Source of the DNA: Candidatus Levyibacteriota bacterium
Lineage (GTDB): Bacteria > Patescibacteriota > Microgenomatia > Levybacterales > UBA12049
Direction: 5' to 3'
NCBI GenBank assembly: GCA_041906785.1
Contig: JAYRIM010000014.1
Span: 3,215-67,214, forward strand
DNA length: 64,000 bases
Part shown: piece after piece, positions 1-10,819 of the stretch
Numbering within the stretch: position 1 is the first letter of the stretch
Layout: each line of letters starts with the position of its first letter
Notes under the pieces: model-generated
The model's database searches: none
The model's input: the letters and a program-made list of their open reading frames with translations, nothing else
What the model was told of the DNA's origin: nothing
Position numbers and translations under genes: made by a program

Positions 1-12
1 TATAATACCTCT

Positions 13-852
13 ATGGATAATGTACTAAAAACTGCGTTACTTCTCGGGCTTCTGAGTGTTATTTTAGTTTCCCTTGGGGGTTTGTTTGGTGGTCGGGATG
101 GGCTTCTTTTTGCATTCGTTTTTTCACTCATCATGAATGTCGGGGCGTATTTTTACTCTGATAAACTTGCGTTATCGATGAGTAGAGCAAGGCCACTTGA
201 GAAAGGTGAGTTACCGGTCGTACAAATCGTCGTGGCAGAGTTAGCTGAAAAAATGAATATGCCTATGCCGAAACTTTATGTAACTCCTGATCGACAAGCA
301 AATGCTTTCGCTACTGGCCGTGATCCACAACATGCTTCAGTCGCTGTAACTTCAGGAATCGTTGAATTACTGAATAAGGATGAATTACGAGGAGTTCTCG
401 CGCATGAGCTCGCGCATGTAAAAAATAGAGACATTCTCGTCGCGACAATTGCTGCGGTTCTCGCATCTACTATCTCATATATGGCGAATATGGCTATGTG
501 GTCTGGAATGGGAAGAAGTAATGATGATGAAGATCGAGGAAGTGGTGTTCTCGGTTTACTAGCAATCATTTTCGTTCCTATCGCAGCATCGTTAATTCAA
601 CTGGCTATATCACGCCAGAGAGAATTCGGAGCTGATGAATCAGGTGCGAAAACGATAGGTAATGGTGAACCGCTTGCGAAAGCCCTGATCGCTATCAGCC
701 AATCGACAACTCGACATCCGATGAGGACAAACCCGGCATTATCTTCTCTGTATATAGAAAATCCTTTAGGAAAGCTTGGTAGCGGCATGCTTCAACTTTT
801 CTCTACCCACCCTCCAGTAGAAGAGAGAGTGAAGAGATTGAGAGAAATATAA
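13..852 (+). CDS. htpX: Zinc metalloprotease HtpX (M48)
   Basis: ANAFATG, HELAH zinc motif, SRQREFGAD, FSTHPP; N-terminal TM helices; TATAAT at 1-6 just before the ATG. Confidence 0.92.
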   Translation: MDNVLKTALLLGLLSVILVSLGGLFGGRDGLLFAFVFSLIMNVGAYFYSDKLALSMSRARPLEKGELPVVQIVVAELAEKMNMPMPKLYVTPDRQANAFATGRDPQHASVAVTSGIVELLNKDELRGVLAHELAHVKNRDILVATIAAVLASTISYMANMAMWSGMGRSNDDEDRGSGVLGLLAIIFVPIAASLIQLAISRQREFGADESGAKTIGNGEPLAKALIAISQSTTRHPMRTNPALSSLYIENPLGKLGSGMLQLFSTHPPVEERVKRLREI

Positions 853-938
853 CTCTGCTGTCATCCCGTACTTGCCTCGCCTTGTGAAGCCTTAGCGAAG
901 TTGGAATGCGGGTTCTATTTAACTATAAAGCAAATTTA

Positions 939-1116
939 TCTTGTTCTTTTGTGCAGACAAAAGAACCAAAAACTCGTGAGCTAGTGAGAAAATCAGCTAA
1001 AATTGTTTCACTCGTATCGGGAGACTGTCCGCCCCCTTCCTTCATTCGCTTTGCTCTGAAGGGATTCCCCCTGATACTCATTCCACAATTTCTTCACGCA
1101 TTTTCTCAACGCTCAC
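939..1116. repeat. Dispersed palindromic (MITE-like) repeat, copy 1, with a nested internal hairpin
   Basis: gtgagctagtgagaaaatcagctaaaattgtttc...caatttcttcacgcattttctcaacgctcac recurs almost identically at 22421-22536. Confidence 0.85.
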
Positions 1117-1266
1117 CTAAATATTTGATTCGTGGATCTTTGATACTTCGGGTAAAAGTGCTATACTTAGGGGATAGAAGAATTGGAAAAAGAAAAACGA
1201 GCGAGGTAGGACTCGTATCCACTTTTCTTATAATTTTACTTCGGCTAGTTTGGATAGTATTTAAAT

Positions 1267-2079
1267 ATGGTTGGTACAATTTATCCTATTGCTTATATTG
1301 TGTTATATGAAAACGGTAAATTTCTTCTCACACAGAGAAGGATAGATGCCGAGGATGATCCTGCTTTCGATGGAAAATGGCAGTTACCAGGTGGAGGATT
1401 AGAAATAGGGGAACATATATCAGCAGTTATACGCAGAGAGGCGAAAGAAGAACTCGGTATTGACGTCGATTTAAAAAGAACGCTCGCACTTACTGAAGTT
1501 ATTAGCCATGGAGATTCCTGGCATGGTCTCTCAATGGCATTTCTTTGTAAACGAGTTGACCCGACCCAGAATATTGTCGTAAATAGTGAAGCACACTCGT
1601 ACGGATGGTACTCGTTAGAGGAAGCTGAAAATTTAGATTTAATGCCGAATATGCTAAAGATTCTTCAGTATATCGCCCGCAATTATCGGTTATTTAAAGT
1701 TGGTGTCTTAGGAGTAATAAAAAAAGATGATAAGTTTCTACTTACGAAAATTCACGCACCAGGTAAAGATAAAGCGCATGGAAAATGGAGTTGTATGATG
1801 GGAACATGTGACATAAATGAAAGTATGACAGATGCATTAATACGTGAGGTTAAAGAGGAAACAGGTCTCGATGTTTCAATTGTCCGTCCGCTCACTCATG
1901 TGGTTGAGATGTATGATTTAAAAATTTTCTCCTTTTTAGTTACCCCTAACGATGATGGTCAGGAAATTAAGCTTAACTATGAGGCGAGTGATTCGGGATG
2001 GTATACGTACGATGAGGCATTAACATTAGATTTATATGGTGATACGAAAGCGATTCTCGAAGAAGCGAATTCTATTTAA
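1267..2079 (+). CDS. Tandem NUDIX hydrolase (two domains)
   Basis: Two Nudix boxes: GGGLEIGE..REAKEELG and GTCDINE..REVKEETG. Confidence 0.88.
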   Translation: MVGTIYPIAYIVLYENGKFLLTQRRIDAEDDPAFDGKWQLPGGGLEIGEHISAVIRREAKEELGIDVDLKRTLALTEVISHGDSWHGLSMAFLCKRVDPTQNIVVNSEAHSYGWYSLEEAENLDLMPNMLKILQYIARNYRLFKVGVLGVIKKDDKFLLTKIHAPGKDKAHGKWSCMMGTCDINESMTDALIREVKEETGLDVSIVRPLTHVVEMYDLKIFSFLVTPNDDGQEIKLNYEASDSGWYTYDEALTLDLYGDTKAILEEANSI

Positions 2080-2146
2080 TCTTATTTTCCCTCTTGAATT
2101 TACCTCCATATTTTTTTACGATTATATCGAACGACCGTTCTCAATT

Positions 2147-2215
2147 TGTCATGTTGAGCGTAGCGAAACATCTTATGAAAGATCCTTCTCCGCCAGCTGG
2201 CGGATCAGGATGACA
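2147..2215. repeat. REP-like palindrome (tgtcatgYtgagc...tcaggatgaca) with nested ccgccagctggcgg
   Basis: Terminal tgtcat/atgaca inverted repeats; homologous copies at 2818-2881 and 47305-47366. Confidence 0.85.
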
Positions 2216-2236
2216 GACAAATTTTGATTTCCCATT

Positions 2237-2797
2237 ATGACGACACAAGAAAAAATTCTCAAATATATTATTAAACTATATGCCAATGGGGGATTCGAAG
2301 GAATGAGTATGAGACAGCTTGCAAGTAAAGTCGGTATTGTTCAGTCAGTACTCTACCATTATTTCCCAGATAAAGACAGAATGCTTCGATACATGTACGA
2401 TACTATACAAAATAATCTAGAAATAGAACGAACGAAACTACCAATTAAAAAGAATACCTTTGATTTCTTAAAGCAGCGTATTGAATTCCAATTCGATCAT
2501 GCAGAAGAGATAGTAGCTGCTATGAAATACTTCTACAATTATCGTAGAACTTTTAAACGTAATAATATTGGTTTTTTCCCTAAAGAAATGTATGCGTCGT
2601 TTCAGGAAGCTCTTGAGTATGGTATTGACCAAGGAGATATTCCGAACATTGATGTAAAAAGGAAAGCAAAAATCATGACGCATCTAGTCAATAGTATTAT
2701 TCTCGAGTATTTTCCAACGATTCCAAAAGGTTCAGAAAGAGCGAACATCATGCAATCACTGCTTACTATTTTTAAAAAAGATCTTCTAACAAAGTAG
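2237..2797 (+). CDS. TetR/AcrR family transcriptional regulator
   Basis: N-terminal HTH GFEGMSMRQLASKVGIVQSVLYHYF. Confidence 0.88.
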   Translation: MTTQEKILKYIIKLYANGGFEGMSMRQLASKVGIVQSVLYHYFPDKDRMLRYMYDTIQNNLEIERTKLPIKKNTFDFLKQRIEFQFDHAEEIVAAMKYFYNYRRTFKRNNIGFFPKEMYASFQEALEYGIDQGDIPNIDVKRKAKIMTHLVNSIILEYFPTIPKGSERANIMQSLLTIFKKDLLTK

Positions 2798-2817
2798 ACC
2801 ATTATCAAAATTGTTGG

Positions 2818-2881
2818 TGTCATGCTGAGCTATAGGCGAAGCATCTTTTCTAAGATCCTTCACATTTCGTTCAGGATGACA
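2818..2881. repeat. REP-like palindrome, copy 2
   Basis: tgtcatgctgagc..gcgaagcatct..agatccttcac..ttcgttcaggatgaca. Confidence 0.85.
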
Positions 2882-2971
2882 GTTTTTTTCTCTTTCATAT
2901 CTATTACAGGGTTTTTAAGCGTATTTAACGCCATAAAGGTATTATTTCCATATAAACGGAGGATATTCTGT

Positions 2972-3772
2972 ATGGTAAGAAAAAAACAAGTGGTTGGCTT
3001 AAAAATGATCAGTTTACAAGATGGGAAAGAAGTTGGGGAAGTAAAAGATGTGATATATGATCCTAAAAAGAAAAAAGTTGAAGCTCTTATAGCTGAAGAA
3101 AAAGGAATTGTTAAAGGATCAAAAGTCGTTCCATTAGATGAAGTTCATACAATCGGCGATGATGCAGTAACTATCGATTCTGAAGAGCGAATGAAACCCT
3201 TATCGAAAGCGCCAGAGCCAGTAACTAAAGCAGCGAAGTTAAGCCAGAAGGTTGAAGAAACAACAATTGTGACTACTGATGGAAAAGAACTGGGAAATAT
3301 AAAAGATGTGTATTTTAATCCTTTAACAGGTGAAGTTGAAGAGTTTGAAATGCTTAAGGTTAACGAGAAAGGAGGCAAATCAAAAAAAAAGAAAGTCATC
3401 CTTTCTGAGGTATTAACAATTGGTGAAGAAGTTACAGTAGTACGAGGATATGGAGAAAATATTTTTCCTTCTCAGTCCGAGGATGTTTCTCAAACAAAAA
3501 AGAACAATCTATTAGAAGGTACTGACACATCGATAACCACTATTAAAAATTTTGAGAGTCTTGTAAATAAATCTCACGATATACAACCCCACTTCACAGA
3601 AGAAGATAAAAAACTTTATGAAAAAATTGTCGCTCCTAGTACAGCTTCTAGTAGTTCTTCTCTTCAAACTTCATCAGGAAAGGGAATTTGGAGAACATTC
3701 CATGATTGGCTAATCGGTCCTACAATTCAAGAGGCTATCAGTCAAATAACAGGCATTCCAAGAAAAATATAA
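2972..3772 (+). CDS. PRC-barrel domain protein (tandem)
   Basis: Two GKE(V/L)G.(V/I)KDV...(Y/F).P repeats; start moved to ATG 2972 behind GGAGG (the ORF-track extension overlaps the REP). Confidence 0.8.
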   Translation: MVRKKQVVGLKMISLQDGKEVGEVKDVIYDPKKKKVEALIAEEKGIVKGSKVVPLDEVHTIGDDAVTIDSEERMKPLSKAPEPVTKAAKLSQKVEETTIVTTDGKELGNIKDVYFNPLTGEVEEFEMLKVNEKGGKSKKKKVILSEVLTIGEEVTVVRGYGENIFPSQSEDVSQTKKNNLLEGTDTSITTIKNFESLVNKSHDIQPHFTEEDKKLYEKIVAPSTASSSSSLQTSSGKGIWRTFHDWLIGPTIQEAISQITGIPRKI

Positions 3773-3880
3773 CCTGAGCAGCCACGTCCGTCGGTGTAAA
3801 TATTTGTTTTTACGTTAACCTGACCATTCGCTTAAAAGCGAAGACTTTCTCCTGAAAGGAGAATTTTATTAGGAGATTTG

Positions 3881-5035
3881 CTATTTTATTGGTAGTTCTA
3901 CAGTAAATTCTGATCCTTTATTTTCTTTGCTTTTAATCCGTATTTTTCCTCCATGGGCTATGACTATTTGATTTGATATATATAAGCCAATTCCTAATCC
4001 TTTAATATCACCATTTTGTCCGCCTCTCTCAAATAGGTTAAAGATTTTTTCCTGTTGGTTCTTCGGTATTCCCAATCCTTGATCCTTAACACTAATTCTA
4101 GCGACTGAACCTTCTTTCTGCAGGGAAACATGTATTGGTTTTCCCTGACCGTATTTCATCGCGTTTGAAATAAGATTTGCAATAACTTGCTCAATACGGA
4201 CCCTATCAACTTTCACAACTATTGAAGTTTTTGCATCAGATGTAATTTTCGTATGCTCATTTTCAGCTTTTTCTATAAAACGTTTGACGACATCTTGCAT
4301 GATTTCTTTTAAATCATGCTTATCCAATTCAAGTTCTAATCGACCTGTTCTCATTAATGAAACATTTAATAAATCATTTATCATTTTCGATAGCCGTTTG
4401 GTTTGGGTCTCAGCACTTTCTAACATATCCAGAAGGTTTTGGACAGAAAAATTTGCTAGTGAAACGTGACGGACATTATGTAATGCTGTTTGTAATTTTA
4501 ATAGCGTGGTAGTTAGTGGTGTTTTTAATTCGTGAGATGCTATTGATATGAATTCATCTCTAGCTCGAATTTCCTTTTCTGCTTGTCTTTTTTCACGTAT
4601 GAGACGTTCGATTTCTTCTTCAAATTCTTTTTCTCTTTTATTAAATAACGAAATTAATTTCGTTTTTTTACTGGTTGAAATAATCCATGTAATCACAAAT
4701 CCTGTGATTGAAAACACAATTAGTTCTATAATTGCCAGTATAGTTGTGTTTAAAAGAGGATAAGAAAAAAGTATCAAAAAAATTATTGCGTATATTGTTA
4801 GAAATATGCCAGTTTTTTTATTTCCTAAAAATGTAGCAAAAGCGATTGAAATAAGAAAAAGAAGTAAGAGTAGGTGATAAAACTGAATTTCTCTAAAAAC
4901 CGAACTGATAATTACCATAAATATACTAATGAAGAGAGTGAAACCGTATTGGAAAAGATAGCTATCAAACTTTTCACGAGGAAACCAAATATATGAGGAG
5001 AAATATTTTTGGATGGTATTTTCTTTTTTTACCAT
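3881..5035 (-). CDS. Membrane sensor histidine kinase
   Basis: TM helices; ASHELKTPL H-box; NAMKY, DQGLG and GLGIGL boxes. Confidence 0.93.
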   Translation of the reverse strand: MVKKENTIQKYFSSYIWFPREKFDSYLFQYGFTLFISIFMVIISSVFREIQFYHLLLLLFLISIAFATFLGNKKTGIFLTIYAIIFLILFSYPLLNTTILAIIELIVFSITGFVITWIISTSKKTKLISLFNKREKEFEEEIERLIREKRQAEKEIRARDEFISIASHELKTPLTTTLLKLQTALHNVRHVSLANFSVQNLLDMLESAETQTKRLSKMINDLLNVSLMRTGRLELELDKHDLKEIMQDVVKRFIEKAENEHTKITSDAKTSIVVKVDRVRIEQVIANLISNAMKYGQGKPIHVSLQKEGSVARISVKDQGLGIPKNQQEKIFNLFERGGQNGDIKGLGIGLYISNQIVIAHGGKIRIKSKENKGSEFTVELPIK

Positions 5036-5094
5036 TTAGCAATTTGACGATAGTATAACTCGTCACTATGAAGATGGCAAATGGAAAATAAAAG

Positions 5095-5193
5095 AATTTT
5101 TAATTTGAAATTTTTAATTTTTATTCAACTTAAAATGTCTTAATTTTAAAATTTAAATATTAATTACAAATTTAAAATTATAAATTAAAAATT
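5095..5193. repeat. 7-nt periodic inverted-arm element (aattttt/aaaaatt)
   Basis: aattttt aatttga aattttt aattttt ... aaatttaaaattataaattaaaaatt; very AT-rich so less certain. Confidence 0.55.
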
Positions 5194-5267
5194 AATCTTA
5201 TACTCTGTATTTTCTTACCTATTTCTAACATGCCAATTGCTATAGTTTTATATATCATATTTGCAAT

Positions 5268-8021
5268 ATGGCTTCTTTTCGTAAAGAAAAAAATCCGCTT
5301 GTGTCAGATATAACTTTTTTTCAAAAAATCGCTCATGCTGTTCCTGCAATGGTTGCTGTCTATGATATTAGAACAGGGAAATATCTTTTCGTTAATGATG
5401 GAATAAAAAAGATCCTTGGATATACAGCAGAAGATTTTCTAAATAAAGGCGTGCCATTTGCTATAAGTCTCGTACATCCCGATGATTTGCCTCTTATAAT
5501 GGAAAAAAATCAGCAAGCATTAGAAAGAGCAAATAAGGATCCCTTTGCGCGCAAGAGTAAGCCGATTGTTTCTTTCGAATATCGGATGCGACATAAAAAT
5601 GGTGAATATATTTGGTTACTTACAGAAGGTACGGTATTTACAAGAGATCAAAGACAAAAAGTTGCATCTGTTTTAAATACATCGATAGATATATCAGAAC
5701 AGAAAAGTGCAGAGGAAGACCTCATAAATTTTAATAGAACGTTGCAAGAGAAAATTTCACTGCACACGGGTGAGCTAAAAAAAAGTGAAGAAAAACTTAG
5801 GGAAAGTGAAGAACGTTATAAACAGTTTATTTATCAAAGTAATGATGGCATCTGGAGATTTGAAGTAGAAAAGCCTATTTCTACGAAGTTATCCGTTAAA
5901 AAACAGGTAGATTTGTGCTTTGCGAATGCTTATTTAGCAGAGTGCAACGATGCAATGGCGCGCATGTATGGATATAAAAAAGGTTCAGATCTTATAGGTG
6001 CTCGGTTACCAGCATTATTAGTTCCCACGGATAAAAAAAATAGAGATTTTTTAAAGGTTTTTATTCAAAACGGTTATAAAATTGTTAATGCTGAATCACA
6101 CGAAAAAGATAAGCAGGGAAAGGATAAATACTTTCTCAATAACTTTATAGGAGTTATAGAAAATAATCATATAGTCCGAGCCTGGGGTATTCAGAAAGAT
6201 ATCACTAAAGAGAGAGAAATACAGGAAGCAGTAAAAGCATACCATCAGAAAATAGAGGAAGTTTTAGAAAGTATTAATGATGGGTTTTACTCTGTTGATT
6301 ATTCATGGAAATTACAATATGTAAATGCTCATATTCTTAAACTCTGGAATAAGAAACGTGAAGAAGTACTTGGTAGAAGTATATGGGATGTTTTCCCGAA
6401 TGCGGTGGGATCAACAGTTTATAAGGAGCTAGCAAAGGCTGCAAAGACTAAAAAAGCGAGAAAGTTCGAATGGTTTTCAACAGTAGTAAATAGATGGGTC
6501 GAGTTACGTATCTATCCTACAAAAACAGGTATTTCAGTTTACTCTCGTGATATTTCAGAGCTAAAAGAACAAAAAAAACAACTAGAAGTAATTTTAAAAA
6601 ATATTTCAGATGGTATTACAGTTCAAGATGAAAACGGTAAAGTAATTTATGCAAATGATGCAGCTGCTAAACTCATAGGATTTAGGTCAGTAAATACATT
6701 TCTCAAAATACCCATTACGAAAATAATGGACAAATATGAAATGCTTGACGAAGCAGGTAGTCCATTACCGATAGATAAGTTGCCCGGGAGGGTGGCATTG
6801 CAAGGCAAAAAAAGTTCAGCAAAAATAATTCGATTTCGTATTAAGGAGACTGGGGATGAGCATTGGTCTATAGTCAGTGCTACACCTGTTTTCGATGCCA
6901 GGGGAAAAGTATCACTTGTAATAAATGTTATTCATGATATTACTGAATTTAAACAAGCTGAAGAGAAAGTAAAACAAAGTGAACGATACTTTCGATCTCT
7001 CACTGAAAAAAGTTGGGATGCAATTTTAAAGACTGATCTAGAAGGCATAATAACCTATGTCAGTCCTTCAGTAGAGCGCATTCTTGGATACTCGCCTCGT
7101 CACATTCTAGGTAAGAAAGCTATAGATTTCCTTCATCCGGATGATCTAGAACGAATAATGAAAGCAGGTATGGAGCTATTGAAGCGTGGTGGTACTATTA
7201 CTGTTCAAGCACGTTACCGACATATAAATGGGAAATGGTTATGGTTGGAAAGTAATGTAACAAATCTTATTAATGACCCGAATATACAGGGATTTGTATC
7301 TAATTTTCGTGATATAACAGAAAGGCAGCGTCTCGAGAGTCTGAAAGATGAATTTATCGGGCTCGCATCACATGAACTAAAAACTCCATTAACAAGTATG
7401 AAAGCGTACACGCAAGTGCTTCACCGATCGTTTCAGAAAAAAGGTGATAGTGAATCTGCATTGTTATTAGGGAAAATGGATCTTCAAATAAATAAGTTGA
7501 CAAACCTCATTTCAGATCTTCTTGATATAACAAGGATTCAAGAAGGAAAATTGGCCTTTATAAGGGAAACATTTGATGCAAATACACTAATCTCGGAAAT
7601 TGCTGAAGAGCTTCAGAGAACGACAGATATGCATACTATTGAGCTGCAACTTGATAAAACAATTTCTTTAATAGGAGATCGTGATAGGTATAGCCAGGTG
7701 CTATTAAACTTGCTTTCAAATGCGTTAAAATATTCTCCGACAGCAGGAAAAATAATTATAATTTCTAAGAACAATAAAACATGTATTCAAGTCTCCGTTA
7801 AAGATTTTGGTATAGGTATACCGAAAGAGAAGCAACAGTTTATTTTTGATAGGTTTTATCGTGTTCAAGGAGAGAATTCTAAAACATATACAGGGCTCGG
7901 ATTAGGATTATATATCTCAAAAGAAATTGTAGAGAGACAAGGTGGAAAATTATGGTTTGAAAGTATTGAAGGGAAGGGCTCGACTTTTCATTTTACAATA
8001 CCGCTGACATCAGGCTCCTAG
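5268..8021 (+). CDS. Multi-PAS cytoplasmic sensor histidine kinase
   Basis: Several PAS/PAC repeats (HPDD, DITE); ASHELKTPL; NALKY; GLGLGLY. Confidence 0.93.
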   Translation: MASFRKEKNPLVSDITFFQKIAHAVPAMVAVYDIRTGKYLFVNDGIKKILGYTAEDFLNKGVPFAISLVHPDDLPLIMEKNQQALERANKDPFARKSKPIVSFEYRMRHKNGEYIWLLTEGTVFTRDQRQKVASVLNTSIDISEQKSAEEDLINFNRTLQEKISLHTGELKKSEEKLRESEERYKQFIYQSNDGIWRFEVEKPISTKLSVKKQVDLCFANAYLAECNDAMARMYGYKKGSDLIGARLPALLVPTDKKNRDFLKVFIQNGYKIVNAESHEKDKQGKDKYFLNNFIGVIENNHIVRAWGIQKDITKEREIQEAVKAYHQKIEEVLESINDGFYSVDYSWKLQYVNAHILKLWNKKREEVLGRSIWDVFPNAVGSTVYKELAKAAKTKKARKFEWFSTVVNRWVELRIYPTKTGISVYSRDISELKEQKKQLEVILKNISDGITVQDENGKVIYANDAAAKLIGFRSVNTFLKIPITKIMDKYEMLDEAGSPLPIDKLPGRVALQGKKSSAKIIRFRIKETGDEHWSIVSATPVFDARGKVSLVINVIHDITEFKQAEEKVKQSERYFRSLTEKSWDAILKTDLEGIITYVSPSVERILGYSPRHILGKKAIDFLHPDDLERIMKAGMELLKRGGTITVQARYRHINGKWLWLESNVTNLINDPNIQGFVSNFRDITERQRLESLKDEFIGLASHELKTPLTSMKAYTQVLHRSFQKKGDSESALLLGKMDLQINKLTNLISDLLDITRIQEGKLAFIRETFDANTLISEIAEELQRTTDMHTIELQLDKTISLIGDRDRYSQVLLNLLSNALKYSPTAGKIIIISKNNKTCIQVSVKDFGIGIPKEKQQFIFDRFYRVQGENSKTYTGLGLGLYISKEIVERQGGKLWFESIEGKGSTFHFTIPLTSGS

Positions 8022-8138
8022 CTACTTGCTCTTAGCCTTTTAATTTTAATTCTTTGAATATCTAGAAGCTATAAGCTATTTTACTATTACATTCTTATAA
8101 CACTTCTCTGCTTGCCTTCACACAACCGTTTTGTAGAA

Positions 8139-8217
8139 AGTAGTATGTAGCATGTAGTACGTATTAATCACACATTGTATTTTTTATACTTACTACTTAA
8201 TACTTGCTACATAATAC
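8139..8217. repeat. 7-nt periodic inverted-arm element (tagtatg / tacttac)
   Basis: tagtatg tagcatg tagtacg ... tacttac tacttaa tacttgc tacataa; same family as 49107-49183. Confidence 0.75.
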
Positions 8218-8239
8218 ACGTTGGGAGGGGGGTGAGAAA

Positions 8240-8989
8240 ATGACAAAAACAATTTTCGCTACATTTTCAGAGCGAACAGATGCTGAAGAGGCAATTAATA
8301 AGCTCAAAACTGATGGATTTAATCCCAAAGACATTTCTATTGTTATGAAAAATAGAAAAGAGGGAGAACAATTCGCAGAAGATACCGGTACTGATGTCGC
8401 CGGTGGAGCCGTATCAGGTGCAACGACAGGTGCAGTGTTGGGTGGATTAGCAGGATTACTCGCTAGTTTTGTAATTCCCGGACTTGGGGCGTTCTTTATC
8501 GGAGGCCCTATCGCATCAGCGCTAGGATTAACTGGTGCAGCAGCATCTACTGTATCTGGAGCAGCAACAGGAGCTGTAGCAGGAGGATTACTCGGAGCGT
8601 TAATGGGTCTTGGTCTATCTGAAGACGAAGCTCGAACATATGAAGAAAGTATTAACGAAGGAGCAATTCTTCTTGCGATTCCTGCAACTGATGCAATGGA
8701 ATCCAGAGTGACCGATATCTTAAACGAGTGTGATGCAGATAATATTAAATCTGTTGTCACACAGGAAGATCGGATTGAACGAACGACAAGTAGAACAAGC
8801 ATGGCAAATGAAAACAGAGACTATTCTGATCTACCAACACGTTCATATGCATATGCTGGGGCAAAGGGAGGAAAGACAAAAACGAAAGGACGATCTTCTG
8901 GTAAAAAAGGAGGACGTTCATCGAGTTCTAACAGAGGATGGCATGGTGATTCAGAAGGCCATTCACGAGCAGCAAAAAGAGGAAGGTAA
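8240..8989 (+). CDS. General stress protein (YflT/17M-like, glycine-zipper membrane region)
   Basis: F..R..AEEAI..L...GF....ISI motif; Gly/Ala-rich TM; basic C-terminal tail; strong SD before ATG 8240. Confidence 0.8.
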   Translation: MTKTIFATFSERTDAEEAINKLKTDGFNPKDISIVMKNRKEGEQFAEDTGTDVAGGAVSGATTGAVLGGLAGLLASFVIPGLGAFFIGGPIASALGLTGAAASTVSGAATGAVAGGLLGALMGLGLSEDEARTYEESINEGAILLAIPATDAMESRVTDILNECDADNIKSVVTQEDRIERTTSRTSMANENRDYSDLPTRSYAYAGAKGGKTKTKGRSSGKKGGRSSSSNRGWHGDSEGHSRAAKRGR

Positions 8990-9010
8990 AAGGTTTTTAA
9001 TGTTTCTCTG

Positions 9011-9048
9011 AACAGGACAGGCGTATACACCTGTCCTGTTGTATGTTT
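9011..9048 (+). terminator. Intrinsic terminator-like hairpin
   Basis: aacaggacagg-cgtataca-cctgtcctgtt followed by a T-rich tract. Confidence 0.7.
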
Positions 9049-9179
9049 TATTCTCTCATTAATACATCAGATTGCTGTATATTTATGATTAATGGTTCTA
9101 AATCGGAAGATAATGGGTTTATGTCCAGTATATTAGTATACTGGACATAACAGATAACTCTTTTTGTTATAATTACTAT

Positions 9180-9728
9180 ATGGTTAAATGGATTACAATT
9201 TTTGGCTGTATATTGCTTATTATTACTCTCATTGGAGGATTAATACTTAGACAGAAAAAGGATGAAAGAATCAAAGAGCAGAAGACCATAACGTCCTTTG
9301 AGGAATGTGAGAAGGCGGAAGGTTCGATGATCCAAGAAAGCTATCCGCCTACGTGCGTTACAGCAGATAAACGCTCTTTTACCCAGGATATCGGAAATGA
9401 ATTAGAATATACTGATCTTATTCAGGTCGACAATCCACGTCCAAACCAACAAATCTCTTCGCCATTAAAAATTACCGGTAGAGCGCGTGGTACATGGTTC
9501 TTCGAAGCGACATTTCCGATCGAACTACTTGATGAGAGTGGAAAATCACTTGGAACTAGTGTTGCGACTGCAAAACGAGAATGGATGACTGAAGAATTTG
9601 TTCCATTTACAGCAGAATTGCAATTTGAGAAACCGTCGACTAAAAAAGGGAAATTAGTTATTAAAAACGCAAATCCTTCCGGTCTTCCTGAAAATGAAAA
9701 AGTTCTCAGTATGCCAGTTGAGTTTTAA
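9180..9728 (+). CDS. Membrane-anchored Gmad2-like Ig domain protein
   Basis: N-terminal TM; SFEEC..ESYP..C; SPLKITGRARGTWFFEATFP; NPSG. Confidence 0.8.
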   Translation: MVKWITIFGCILLIITLIGGLILRQKKDERIKEQKTITSFEECEKAEGSMIQESYPPTCVTADKRSFTQDIGNELEYTDLIQVDNPRPNQQISSPLKITGRARGTWFFEATFPIELLDESGKSLGTSVATAKREWMTEEFVPFTAELQFEKPSTKKGKLVIKNANPSGLPENEKVLSMPVEF

Positions 9729-9840
9729 TCTCTCATAGGTTACTTAAGTAAATTAGGTAAGTTGAAATACTTCCTTTTTCGTAACTACTTTACAAAGTAA
9801 AGTTATTGAGATACACTTTTGAAGTTACATGTTACAAGTT

Positions 9841-10779
9841 ATGAGAGCAGCACAAATACAGAATTACGGTGGGCCTGAAAGTATTACTATTACAGATACT
9901 GTAGAAAAGCCTTCATTAAAGCCAGGACAGATTCTTGTAGAAGTTCATGCATCGGCATTAAATCCATTCGATTCAAAACTTCGTTCTGGAGTATATAAAG
10001 AGATGATACCGCTCCAGTTTCCTTTTATACTTGGTGGAGATTTTTCCGGTGTGATAAATGAAATAGGAGAAGGGGTAACAGAGTATGCTCTGGGAGATGA
10101 AGTATTCGGCACAGCACTAGGTCTAACTGGTGGATCGGGAGCATTTGCAGAGTTTGCGACAGCGAACACAAAAAATATTTCAAAAAAACCAACAAATGTA
10201 TCTCATGTTGAAGCTGCAGCGCTAGTGCTGGTTGGAGTAAGCGCAATCCAAGCTATTGAACAACATATCAACTTGCAACCTAAGCAGCGAATTCTTCTTC
10301 ATGGTGGAGCGGGAGGTATTGGATCCGTTGCTATTCAATTAGCGAAGTCGAAAGGAGCTTATGTTGCTACTACTGTAAGTTTAGACAGTAAATCATTTGT
10401 TCAGCAGTTAGGAGCAGATGAAGTGATTGATTATAAGAATCAGAAATTTGAAGAACTGCTACACGATTATGATGCCGTGTATGATACTGTAGGTGGAGAT
10501 ACAACTGATCGGTCTTTTGCAGTTTTAAAAAGAGGTGGTGTGATTGTGTCAATGCTTGGGAAACCGAATCAGGAGCGGGCGAAAGAACTCGGTATAACTG
10601 CCATTGGCCAAATGACAAACACAAATGCAGAACATCTTTCTCGACTGAAAACATTGATTGAAACAAATGTGATTAAACCCCAGATTGATAAAACATTTCC
10701 ATTTTTTCAAGTGAGAGAATCTTTTACATACTTAGAGACAGGTCATCCTCGAGGGAAGGTTGTCCTCACTGTAAGATAA
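9841..10779 (+). CDS. NADP-dependent oxidoreductase (MDR / quinone reductase family)
   Basis: LNPFD, GGDFSG, HGGAGGIGS, GHPRGKVVL; probable start ATG 9841. Confidence 0.9.
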   Translation: MRAAQIQNYGGPESITITDTVEKPSLKPGQILVEVHASALNPFDSKLRSGVYKEMIPLQFPFILGGDFSGVINEIGEGVTEYALGDEVFGTALGLTGGSGAFAEFATANTKNISKKPTNVSHVEAAALVLVGVSAIQAIEQHINLQPKQRILLHGGAGGIGSVAIQLAKSKGAYVATTVSLDSKSFVQQLGADEVIDYKNQKFEELLHDYDAVYDTVGGDTTDRSFAVLKRGGVIVSMLGKPNQERAKELGITAIGQMTNTNAEHLSRLKTLIETNVIKPQIDKTFPFFQVRESFTYLETGHPRGKVVLTVR

Positions 10780-10819
10780 CAGGTTGTAACCTAATTTCAG
10801 GTGTTTTATACTACTTTTT

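Noticed and set aside
906-1310. 134-aa ORF
   Set aside because: It spans the palindromic repeat, overlaps the NUDIX start and has no protein-like features.
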